Origin: Octopus sinensis
Taxonomy: Eukaryota
Assembly: GCF_006345805.1 (NCBI RefSeq)
Contig: NC_042999.1
Location: forward strand, 62,806,001-62,870,000
Reading direction: 5' to 3'
Length of the DNA stretch: 64,000 nt
The notes beneath the pieces were generated by a model. It had not been told where the DNA came from and searched no databases. It was given only the letters and a program-made list of their open reading frames with translations. Within the stretch, counting starts at the first letter, position 1. Each line of letters opens with the position of its first letter. A program made the translations under genes and the position numbers. This document shows positions 41,301 to 54,670 of this stretch, piece by piece.

Positions 41301-44300
41301 GATCCCTCTTGGATGGGAGATCACAGTATAGATATTCAGTATTCCACTTGTGAGGGGTCGACACTAGATAGGTCGAAACAATTATAGTGATCAATAAACT
41401 TTCTCTTATCATCCTCCATCTCTCTCATTAATCAAATATCCAACAAACACTGAGATAAGTGAATGTGCTTTACCAGTAAACTACCATATGTCATCATCAT
41501 CATTGTTTAACGTCCACTTTCCATGCTAGCATGGGTTGGACAATTTAACTGAGGACTGGCGAACCAGATGGCTGTACCAGGCTCCAATTTGATCTGGCAG
41601 AGTTTCTACAGCTGGATGCCCTTCATACAATTTATTAAGTAATAATATGTGTGTGTGTGTGTGTGCGTGGATAGATAGATAGATGATAGATAGATGATAG
41701 ATAGATGATAGATAGATGATAGATAGATAGATAGATAGATGATAGATAGATGATAGATAGATAGATGATAGATAGATAGATGATAGATAGATAGATGATA
41801 GATAGATAGATGATAGATGGAGAGATAGATAGATAGATGATAGAGAGATGATAGATAGATGATAGAGAGATGATAGAGAGATGATAGATAGATGATAGAT
41901 AGATAGACAGATAGATAGATAGACAGATAGATAGATAGACAGATAAATAGACAGACAGACAGACAGACAGTTATGTTAAAATGTGAATTTACATAGGATT
42001 TATGCAAATATCTAACTAATACAATCAATTCTGTTTCGCTGCATACTGGATAATTGTATAATTTTTTAAGACTGAACTGTTTCATGTCAAATCTATCAAC
42101 CTAAATGTTCAATTCTATGATAGATTTTGCCCATCTTTAAGAAAAATTTTATGCAATTAACGAAAACTTGTATTTGCATATGCAATTATCCCATCAACTT
42201 TAAATAGACTTGGTGTTAATAAGTATTGTTGTTTGTTCCTTCTCGAGCCACGCCTGGCTCATTAGGGCCGGTTTCTCAGTTTCATTGGTGTGTAGGTTCC
42301 CCACCTGGACGGGACGCCGGTCAGTCACAGGTGAGCTGCAAGATGCAGGAGGAAAAAGTGAGAGAAAGTAGTGGCGAAAGAGTCAGCAGAAGTTCGCCAT
42401 TACCTTCCACCGGAGCCACGTGGAGCTTAGGTGTTTCGCTCATAAACACACACATCACCCGGTCTGAGATTCGAACCCACAATCCCTCGACCGTGAGTTC
42501 ACTGCTCTAACAAGTAGGCCATGTGCCTCTATGCTCGTAAGTATAATGATTTGAAAAGTTATGCCATTAAGTGAACTATGCTATTAAAGAGTATGCAGTT
42601 AAGCAGAATCAATTGTATTACCCATTTGTGTAAATCAAATATACAAGACATGAATTTATCTATATAACATTATCATTAGTCTAAAATATTGATCTCATAT
42701 ACAAAATGGATCAAACATCAACTTATTCAAGTTCTTACCAAGAGAAAAATTATTGGAAATTCTTTGTACCAATGAGACTCATTTATGAAACTACTTTATT
42801 TTTGGACTTTCTTTATTTCTTATCGTTTCTTAGTCAAACAAATTGGCCCCAGAACTTATTCTTAAAATCTGGTACTTTATCAGCTTCTTTTGCTGAACTG
42901 CTAAGTTAAAGGGATGTAAATAAACCAATACGACTTGTCAAGAACTGAAGTGGGTGGGGGGCAAACACAAACATATGTAAGTATATAGATAGGTAGATAG
43001 ATATGATGGGTTTCCAAAACAGTTTCCATCTACCAAGTTCACTCACAAGCATTGGTTTGTCGAGGACTATAGAAGACACTTGCCCAAGGTGCAGTGCAAT
43101 GGAACTGAACCCCCCCTCCCCCCAAAAAACCCCACATGGTCGTAAAGAGAGATTCTTGACCACACAGTCAGGCTTATATTTTCCCAGAAGTTATACCTTA
43201 AATTCAACACTACTAACACATTAGAATACGCATCATTTTACACTCCAAGACCTATACAGTCAAGTTTCTTCCTAGTCTGTTCCGCTTTACATTCGTCTCT
43301 TTTCAACATTGTCTTTTTTCCAGACACATTTTTACCAATAATCCTCAACAATTCTAAAGAAACAAAGAAATACCAATCAAAATCTCAAAAATTTCTGAAA
43401 CTTTCCTCATTCTATAGTACCAACAAGATCAGGACAGTCAGTAATAAAATTATTCTTGTCAGAAATATGATCAAAAGCATATTAAAGTGCTTTCTAGCTG
43501 ACAAATATTGGACACATTCTTCTTAACAAAAGAAATTCAATTCCAAAACAGGTCTGAGAATAAAATATGATTTCTCAGTTAAGTTAGAAGAGGTGAATGA
43601 GTAAGTGAATAAATGAGAGTGAAGTGGTTGCATTGAAGAGAGAGAGGGGAAGAGATAAGAAAGGAGGGGGGAAGAAAAAAAGAAAGGAGAGGGAGAGTTT
43701 TGAGAGACAGAAATGCTTCCAAATATAAGTTCCAGATGGTTATGAAAAATCTATGATTTCCCAGACATATTAAGTTCCAATAAGCTTTGAGTAATAACAG
43801 AAAATTTTGTGAAGAGATTTCAAGTCTATAAATAAATATACATTTAAATAACTTTGAATCACCAATAACAACAGTTGTAGCAAGTTATAAGAAGTCTACA
43901 CAATGACAAACATTATCATTAAAGGATAAAAACGAGATTAGAAAATTACAGCTCACCACTTCAGAGGAACAGAAGTTATCCTTAGACCAGAGATTTCATC
44001 TGAATGCAGGCAACAGAACAGACTCCATTAAAACCACCTTAGGGCCAACAGATTAAAACTGTTATCAAAGAACAGGAACAGTCCTTCCGAAAGATGTCTG
44101 CACAGTTTCCATCAATCCAATTTCACTCACAAGACACTTGTTGATGAGAGATTGTGACACAACATACTTGCGCATGCTGCCGTGCAGCAGGACAGAACCT
44201 AAATTTTTGTAGTTGAGAAGTTAACTAAACTGCACAGCTGTGCCTGCACCTTCTACAAAAGGTTATGAAGACTCTCCTTCTGCCTCTGACTAAGTCTAGT

Positions 44301-47300
44301 AAAAATAAATAAATAAATGAGCATGCTAGAATTTTCTTGACAATGTGTTGACATGTCATAGTTTCCGACGTACAACACTGATGTTGCTGAAAAATCACTC
44401 TTGATAATCCAATCCATGAAAGATAGGCAATGTTTATGCATTGCACAAATGTTTGTTTCATTGCATTGCAATGTATAAATATCAAAGTCCATTGTCCACA
44501 AATTGGCACTTGAAAGTATTCCAATGTACCTTACCTAAAAGACTGATATCTCCTGTATTAAAATCAAAAGGGATAATTTTCCATTGATGGATTTCTCTGA
44601 TTAGAAAACAGCCAAGCAATTATTCTCTCAGATGTCATCACATTATTTGGGATTTGCATCATTTCTCTATACTGAATCAAGTTGAATGTTACCAACAGAA
44701 TTGCCTGTGTAATTCCTCATTTTATTTTCCCATTCACAGCTTAGAGAGTGAATACACGAGTTATTCAGCACTTGTGATTTCCACTTTTTATATCAGAACT
44801 TTTCCAGATTATATAACAGCTGAAACATCTAAAGGTGAAGGTGTGTGGCTTGATGGTTAAGGTACTTCACTCTCAATTGGAAGATTGTGGTTTGATTTCT
44901 GGACTGGTGATGCATTATGTTCTTGAACAAAACATTTCATTTCCTGTTGCTCCAGTCCATGGTTCAGTAACAACAGAGAAGTTAACCCTGCGATAGACAG
45001 TGATGAAGGTTGCAATTTCAGTTACTTGTATACTATGAAAACAGGTTTCCACTTCAACTTTATGAGTCCAAGGGCTCATGACAAAAGAATAGATAAGATC
45101 CCGAAATGGTCCTTCAATTCATTCCATGTCTCCTTTAAATGCTAGAGAACTTAGATTAATGTCACCCATGCAATAAAAGGATGATTCAGCAGCTTTAGTG
45201 GCAAAAATCATGCTAGAATAATGAAACTGCAGCAATAATTTGTTACTGAATCCAGTTTGAGACATCAATATCTTGAGAGCAATCACAGCTAGTCTTTCTC
45301 AACAAAATAGAGAAGGCAAGCATAAGATGGTGATGACTTTTCATTTTCAATTTAACACACAATTGATGACTGTAGCTTTGAATTAATCCTGTGAATCAAA
45401 ATTAAAGGATATGAAATAAATGTAGTGAAGACTTACTGTTTTCTGAATATCAGAAATATGTAAAACTCTGACAGGTCCATCCATGAGAACTGTGACACTA
45501 ATGAAACCAGAACCGGGTCGTTGTTTCTGACGAGAAATTTGCATGTGAAATGGGACACTCTTCAATGTTGGAGAAGGTATTGGGCCAAGTAGAGTTATAG
45601 CATCTTTAAAAAAGAAATTTAAGAGTGGGATTTATTAGATTTTTTAAGGAAATGACCAGAAACAATTGAATGAAATATTTTCAATAAGTAAATATACACA
45701 ACAAGTAGCTATGTCAGGCCTTGTCAAGGTTTATTAATGCCTAAAATAAATATAATCACTTTGATCATTATATTTATTATTTTTAAAGATATTATTTGAA
45801 GACACTGGCTGTCTCAAGTTGATACAAGAATACTGATTCACTCAGAATTGCTGTATCAAAGTAATTCAGAAGATAGTTTTAAAAAAATTTAGAACCTAAA
45901 ATAAAATTTTAAGCTTAAATATTTTTTCTTTTCTAAAGAAACAAGCTTTAGAAAAAAATATTATAGTAATTTACCTATTTCGTTCTAAATGAATTAGTTT
46001 TCTATTCAATAATTTTTTTAAGAATTAGGAAGTATACAATATGCCTAGTTTTTTCTGTCCGGAACTAAAAAGAACAAATTTCAGAAAATAAGCCACATAG
46101 CTTTTGACCTTCTCCTTAAACAGATGTACTTCTAAGCAGAATTGTGGCCCACAACTTGGAAAATACAATCATTCAACTTTTATACATTAAGATTCTGAGA
46201 TACATTTAAAATATTTCTATAAAAATCTACAAGTGTCCATTCATTCGAAGGGATTAAATCTCACTGATAAAATACCAAATGGTATGGAGAGGTGAAAGGA
46301 GGAGATTTTTCCAGGTCAATATGGCTGTTAAATTAATATGGATGACAGTAACAATAAAGAAACTTTAGTTGTCTTTATCTAGTTAGTTATAATGTTGTCA
46401 GTCTTTTGTAACTTATCACAAATTTTTCCAGCTTTAACATTAAATATTATCTCTTCTGACAGATCAAAATCATTTGTTCTCCACTTTTGTAATACTTTTG
46501 GCAACAGGTGGGGGTTGGCGTCAGGAAGGGCATCCAGCCATAGAAAACTTGCTACATGCATAGCGCTGCGCATGTATGCATACATTTTTATTGTAGGTGC
46601 GGGCATGGCTGTGTGGTTAGGGAGCTTGCTTCCTAGCTACATGGTTTTGGGTGTCTTCTACTATAGCCCCGAGCCGACTGGAGCTTTGTGATTGAATTCA
46701 GTAGGCAGAAGTTACTGCCGTGTGTGTATGTGTGCGTATAGCTGCTCAGTGCCTCTCCGAGAGAGAAAGAGAGAGAGAATATATTGTGGAAATATAGAAA
46801 TAATACCAATACAATTTTTCAAAATTACAATACCTCAATAAGTTCTCTTGAAAACTCATAAAATTAAATACCACAAGGAAACTTATTAGAAACAAAAATA
46901 TTTTATTTTGCTCACTTTGGCAACTGAGTTAGCAGTGGAGGGGGATGCACTGAAAGTGTAGTTACTAAAATAAGAATGGGTTGAGCAAAGTTCAGAGAGC
47001 TTTGTTAGTAAGAAAGGGCTCCTCCCTCAGAGTGAATGGCAGATTGTATGACGCCTGTGTTCAGACAGTTATGCGACAGGCAGAGAAATGTTGCCTGTGA
47101 CAGTAGAGGACATGTGTAGGCTCAAAAGAAATGAAGCCAGCATGCTCTGCTGGATGTGCAATGTTAGTTTGCACGTATAAGAGAGTGTAAGCATTTTAAA
47201 AGAAAAATTGGGTATAAGAGGCATCAGATGCAGTGAGCAAGAGAGAAGACAGTGCTGGTATGGTCATGTGATGTGTATGGATGAAGACAGCTGCATAAGG

Positions 47301-50300
47301 AACAGCTGACCTCTAATGTGGAGGGAACATGTGGAAGAAGTAGACCCAAAAGACATGGAACTAAGTGGTGAAAAATGATCATAGGATGTTGAGCCTCAAA
47401 GAGGAGACAACAAAGGATTGAAACTTCTAGCACAAAGCCACTTCCTGTAGTTCCACTCCTTCTTCCAGTTGAGAAGTCTTCACCCCACAAGTTACTTGGT
47501 GATCCAACTGGTGCCGATGCCATGTGAAAATGTTAAATAAGGATGATGTTTCAATACATTACGTATCTGAAGCTCACAAGCTATGTTAGATGAGAGGTAA
47601 CTGAGATATATATTAACATAATTTCGTTTCTAAAGTGTTCCTTTCAACAGTGCCTCTTTAAAAGCATCCAGTACACTTTGTTAAGTGGTTGGCAGTAGGA
47701 AGGACATCCAGCTACAGACACCATGCCAAAACAGAGAAAATGGAGTCTGAGCAGCTCTCCAGCTACTGTCAAACAGTTTAACCCATGCCAACATGGAGAG
47801 CAGGCATAGAATGATGGTGATTAGATATTTTCAGATGGCCTGTTATCTCATACTTTCACATAAAGACAAAACTCAGAAAATATGGAAAAATCAAAATAAG
47901 AAAGTTTGACTTACCATGTTGTAGTGCATTGGTATCAACAGCTTGCACACACATTGTTCCATTGGCACATGTTAACAAACCATTCTAAAATAATAATAAT
48001 AAAAAAACAAATCCTAAATTTTTTGTTATGTGCTTCCACCAATGTACAAAACAAGTTACTAAATGCAACAGGATATTTAGCAAAAAAGACTATTCAAACA
48101 AAGACTAATAAAGTATGACAATTTTTTTGTCAAAAGAAATGGAACTTTGGCATTCTGGCTCAACTGATGTTATCTTAAATTGAACACTTCACAATTTCTT
48201 GTTAGTTTTCTTTTTCTTGAGTTAATAGCTACACAGTTCTTTAATTTATTTGGCCATCACAACCAAATCTATGCTACAACATCAAAATATATAGATTTTA
48301 AAAAATCTTTCTGACTTTAACCCTTTCGTTACTGTATTTATTTTGATATTCTCTGTGTTTCTTTCAATTATTTTAAATATAACATATAAGTAAAATAACT
48401 TAGTTATCATTAAGCTAGTGTTAGGAACATAAATTGCAACTAAGGTTTGGTGGTATATTTTAATGCAAAACTTATGGAAACAAGACATTTGTACTACAGA
48501 GCCAGAGTCGGTTTTGGCCGGGTTGGTAACGAAAAGGTTAAACAATTTCAGTACTCTATAAAATGGCATTCATCAATTTTTCCATCAATTATAGTTAAAA
48601 ACAAATCTGTCTTTGTGACAAGAAATATCTATTAAAAAAACACTTCAATATTTTCACCAACATAATCTGTTGATCTTTTATCCTCATCATTTAACATCAT
48701 AACTAACAGCAAAAAAATTGTACAAAGAGTAGAAAGGGAAAATAAATGTATTTGAAAAGGAAAGAAAACTCAAAATAAACAGGATGAGAGTCAGGGAAGC
48801 TTCTGTTCCTTGGAGTTGACTGGGCTTATGCTTCTCCTCATAACTGTTGTTCTGTCCCCACTACCCCCATCATGCCTTACAACTAAACATTAAGCTTGGT
48901 CTTTCTCTCCCGGAACATTGGCTCTCTGAAATGCTTTATCTTATTCATATGAACTCTGAAATTTTTCCCCTGTTTAAGTACTGGAGCCACTTAAAGAGCA
49001 CTTGTGCCAGTGCTGTGCAAACACACCTGTGCCAGTGGCATGTAAAATGCACCCAGAACACTGTTAAGTGGTTGACATTAGGCAGAACATCCAGCGCATA
49101 GAAACCATGCCACAACAAACAGTTGGAATCTGGACAGCTCCCTGCTAGCAAGCTCCATGCCAAAATGGAAAGTGGACATTAAACAATGACGATGTTTGTA
49201 TTCTTCTTGCATATATTTACTTACAATAGTCAGAAAGGAAAATTAATGGTATCCTATTTCTTTACTGCCCACAAGGGGCTAAATACAGAGAGGACAAACA
49301 AGGACAGACAAACGGATTAAGTCCTTGTTTGTCCCCTTGTGCGCAATAAAGAAATAAGAGGTATGTTATAAGATGTGCTATAATGAAGACAACTTACACG
49401 AGTGAACTTCCATAATTGTGTTGTTCGTCTGCGCTCATCAGGTTTTCTAAGGATGAGTGGTACACATTTACCAGGTTGAGGGGCAATGTCAGATATGTCC
49501 AAAACAAGCCCTAATACATTGCCAGTTACTTTCCCAGGCTCCTGAGGAGGGGCTGAACCTTCATTCTCTAGCATTCCTTCACCTGTCATACGCCATAGTT
49601 GAGATCGTTTGCCAAGTTCCTTAAGGTAAGAAGAAGAAAATGTTAAAGCATAAAAGAAAATTTAGAGCAAAAAGAAAATAGCAGCCAAATCACTCCTATT
49701 GTTCTTTTTAAAAAAGGAAGGGTAGATTAGATAAAATATTCCTAGATGATATTATGCCTGAAAGTCAAAAGACAGGATGGTCATGGTTGGAATGTCTTTG
49801 ATCATAGATCCTTAAAAGCATTTGCCCAAAACTTCATAAAAATTTCCAAATTTCTATTTGAAAATAATAAAAGCAAATACAAAACATCAATTTTTTGGTT
49901 AACATATTTCTATTGAAATACACTACTTTTACTTCAATTTATTTTGAAAATTATGAAGAATTCATTGAAATAATAACTTTGTCAATATAGTGTTTGGTCC
50001 ATATAGAATTTTCATGAAAGGTTTTCATTCAGATCACTTTAAATTAGAAAGCTTGTATCAGAGAACCAAAGGCAGTCTCAGATGAGTTGGTATCCAAAAG
50101 ATTAAAGTCTCAAAATTATTCAACAAAATATAACTCCTAGTTTAAGTGTTATTAAACTAATTAATTTAATCAGGAAATAGTAATAAAACAAAAGAGCAAA
50201 TTCTTTTCATAAAAAGATAGCAATGCAGTAAAGACTTTAAGCACTTTTAGAATATTCAAACAACCCTCAAAATCTTATCTAGGCTAAACAGAAACACTCA

Positions 50301-53300
50301 AAATCTTATCAAACAAACTTTACTCTATGTGGCAAAATCAAAATGCTTTTAATATACACCCACTCTATTTCATACATCCACCACACGGTTTAAGCCTTAT
50401 TGCAGCACAGCGACTTGTGTGCCTCACATACCAACAGAACACAAGCTTCTGATAGGGCCACCAATGCTGCATGCTGGACTGGTGAAAAGATAAAGGACCA
50501 ACTAGTCATTCATGCTGAATAGGTCAAAAGACAGAAGCTAGACTAATATGCACTACCTTTACCCAAAGGTAAAAGTGGATTTGTGTAGGGTGAACATCCC
50601 TGCTTAGAAAAAAGTGAAGTTATGGAAGTATCAATGACAATTTAAAACCAACAAAACTTGAGAGAGGAGAGAAGCAGAAAAGACAGTTCAGAGTTGAGAA
50701 CAGTGGAGAAACGTCATCAATGGCCTTTGCTCCATAAGGAGTGAAGAGCTCGAGTAAGCTATGGCCACAGGAATAAGATAACAGCTTGTAAATTTATATC
50801 CTGCAGTGGATATTTTGTTATTCCTTGGTAATACACTGCCTCAGTTGACAAAGCTGGGAAACACAAGGTATTTGTGAGATAGTTATCTGTAACACATTTA
50901 GAATGTTATCCAAGAGGGAGTTTGTTTCTCACCTGTTTCATTATACAAAAAGTACAGATTATTGCTGGTCTGCTGAGTCCAGGTGTCACGAGAAAATTAA
51001 TTAAAATCTCCTTTAATTCACTATTTAAACAATTTACAATGAGGATATCAGTTTTCAGTTGAAATTGTAAAAGATTCAAGCAAGGTCGTTGCCAGTGCCG
51101 CCTGACTGGCCCCATGCCGGTGGCACATAAAAGCACCTCCTACACTCTCGGAGTGGTTGGCGACGTTAAGAAGGGCATCCAGCTGTAGAAACTCTGCCAG
51201 ATCAAGATTGAAGCCTGGTGCAGCCATCTGGTTCACCAGCCCTCAGTCATACGTCCAACCCATGCTAGCATGGAAAGCAGACGTTAAACAATGATGATGA
51301 TGATAATGATTTTTGGTAGTTATTACAAAGACATTCCAGAAGATATGGACTTGCAAAGTTATAAATTAATTACACTTAATAAAGGAATAAAATGAAGGGA
51401 AAAAAATGTAAAAAAAGAAGCTCATTAAAAGAAAATCAACTAACTTTTCTCTTGAACACTATCCGAGTGCTAATAGCATCGAGAACTAACTCTCTGTTGT
51501 TGCAATCAGGATGACTGGTTGGACTCTTGAGATGGACATCTCTGGAAATAGAATTGTAAATACAATAAAGGCACATTATGACAAAACAGTGATGAAAGCC
51601 ATACTTGTATACGGATACAGCTTTTGTGATCATCTAATACATATACATCAAAATATATTTAAACTCATCTATCAAAGCAGTATGCATGTGAATTAGTTGT
51701 AGAAATAACCATGTTGTGTCTTTTAAATAGCTTAAACCATCAAATGGTTCTTGTCATGCATAAAACTCCAAATAATCAACTTACCCATTGAATGTAGAGG
51801 TAGCAGCTAAGAAGATGAAGTTCTGATAACAAAGCTGTTCTCCTTCACCAGGTTTGTTCATGTTATATGTTGCACTTGTTCCTCCGGAGATTCCAAGAGT
51901 AATATATGGATTTAGAATAGGTTCATCCCATGCATAAGGCACTATGGATGCAGAAAGACAAAAAGCAATGACAAGAATAAGGTTTGCAATGAAGCGAATC
52001 TGAAATACCATAAAATCCTGTTACTCAATAATTCTGTCATTCATCATCATCATTTAACGTCCGTTTTCCGTGCTAGCATGGGTTGGACGGTTCGACCGGG
52101 GTCTGGAAAGCCAGGAGGCTGGACCAGGTTCCAGTTTGATCTGGCAGTATTTCTACAGCTGGATGCCCTTCCTAACGCCAACCACTCCGTGAGTGTAGTG
52201 GGTGCCTTTTATGTGCCAGAGGAGGCTGGCAGCAGCCACGATTGGTTGGTGCTTTTTACGTGCCACCGGCACAGAAGCCAGTCAAGGCGGCGCTGGCATC
52301 GTCCACATTCAGATGGTGCTTTTTACGTGCCACCGGCACAGTCCACATTCAGATGGTGCTTTTTATGTGCCACTGGCACAGTTATCACAACTACAATTTC
52401 CATTTGATATTTATTTTGATGTTGATGTACTTGACTCAATAGGTCTCCTCAAGCACAGCCGGTCATGTGCCACATTTTAAAATTATCATCCTCTATTAAA
52501 TAACAATGTCAAACTACACTCAGTCTTTTAAATTACTTTTGATTAATATTGTTTTCTATTTACCTCTACAAAAAGAAAGAATTACTGAATGCAATTAAAT
52601 TCTCTTTTAGCATCACAAGGAGTGTAACTTACATGATGTTATTGGTTTAATGTATTGCTTTAGTAATGGATTGGTAACTCCAGCTTGCTGATACTGCACT
52701 GGAATCTGTTAATGTCAATGTTAATATATGAGAGCAAAAAGAGAATGTAGAAGAGGAGAGAGAGAGAGAAAAAAAAAGAAAACCAACCTTATATTAACTA
52801 AAATGCTGAAGCTTTATAAATTAAGAAAGAAACAGATCCTGTTAATCTCCATGGTAAATCTGCCATAGATAACCCACACTGGATTGGTGGGGTGTCATGG
52901 AAAACTCATTTCAACCACAGGTCAGCCCTGATCAAGAAGACCTGTGATCTTCTTGTGGCCATTGTCTTTTGTTCAAACAATATATTATCCAATATATGCT
53001 TCCATTGTTTAAGATGAGTTGAGGGAGATTTAGCTGGTATTTCTAGCAAGTCAAAATAACTACAAATCTAATTCAGTTAGTAGAGCATCAAATTTTCTTT
53101 TTCTCTTTTCCCCATACTAATCTAGGAATACCAACCATACAGCCATTTCTGGCTTCACCAGGATAAGAAGTTTGCTTTGTTACTCATGGCTTTAGATCTG
53201 CTCCACTGAATGGCACCCTGACAGAATATCTTCCAACATAGCCTTGAGTTGGCCAAAACATTGCAAGTGAAATTTAGCAGATGGAAATCATGGAAACCAG

Positions 53301-54576
53301 TCAAAAGGACCGTTCCTGTTGTTGGGTGATGATAGACTTAATCCATTGCCTAAGTGTAACACCACCAGTTGGTCCTTGGGTTCCTGTAGCAGAGTCTACT
53401 CTAAAGTATTCAGTCTAGATCTCTATGCTGAAGATGATATCCTCCTTTCTAGTCTTGGAGGCCTTTCTTCTTTGAATAAGCCAGAAAAAATACTCGCAGT
53501 TTATCCATGTATCAAAGCAAACAAACCATCAACAAATATACAGTGCACCAGTCCCTAATATGCTGTATCTCCTATGGAACTCCTTTATAAAAGGAGTTTC
53601 AATGTTGTGCAACATCAGTGCTAGTATGAACAAAATAAATAAATAAAACCACAGAATGGGCGGAAGGCTAATACCCATCGAATCAACTTCTTGTAGTTCA
53701 TATATTTGTCATACATATGGATGTCATACATACGGATGACATTATTAGCTGAGTTAATAATTACTGAGAACACATTTATATATTAAGGAAGAAACATTTA
53801 AGTGATATTTCAAGCTGAGTGGGGAAAAAGATTTGTATACTGAGAATAGGCGTAGAATTTTGTAAAAGAAAAATGATGCTGAAGGTAGTTATATTTTACA
53901 AATAGAAAAAAATTTGATAAGGACTTACTAATGAGTAATTATCAATCCGGAAAGGAGGTGGCATGTCATCAGAGTTGTAGAACAGCACATGAAGTGTAGG
54001 CCCTAAAAGAATGACTTCTACTTTCAGCAGTAAGGAATTGCCCTGTTCATCTCTAGAACAAAAGTCAATAGCAGGATATTAATCAAAGAAATACAACTTA
54101 TGGAACAGAGAATATTTAGACATATCAATAAATAATCATCAATGACTATTCTTTATGCAAGGGTTAAAAGTTAATGGATTAAACACTGGAAGTTGTCTCT
54201 CTCTCTCTTTTTTTTTTTACCTTTTTAAAATTTTATTTTATAGAATGAAAGGTGAACAAGAAGTTTTTACCTTATGTTAATATGAAAGGAATCCACTTTA
54301 TCAATCCTAAAACCTCCAGACCAGCAAAAGACCTTAGAGTCATCAAGAACTTTCACACAAAGAAGCGGATCAAAATCAACACGAGGCCAATGAAATGGCA
54401 TTGAACTCTTTGGGGGAGCAATCAAAGAATGTTTCAGCTGTTGTTTTGGGTCCTGGAAAAAGAAATAAAATTCCTTATTTCGATGATCATTCCAATACTC
54501 CTGCCTCACCCATTACTTTTCTTCTTTACAGCATTTATTTACTCTAATTTTGTAATGGAAATATGGTTATTCTTAT

Positions 54577-54608
<32 letters not shown>

Positions 54609-54622
54609 ATATATATATATAT

Positions 54623-54670
<48 letters not shown>

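Noticed and set aside
41606-42085. 159-aa ORF and similar IYIY/HTHT-rich ORFs
   Set aside because: Translations of GATA/TA/CA microsatellites.
43957-43999. 43-nt segment with AG/GT boundaries on the minus strand
   Set aside because: In-frame stop after 5 codons, not a multiple of 3, no homology; expected by chance in 21 kb.
53300-53560. Possible LINE remnant / 79-aa ORF (also 3600-4170)
   Set aside because: Similarity too weak to assign by eye; left unannotated.
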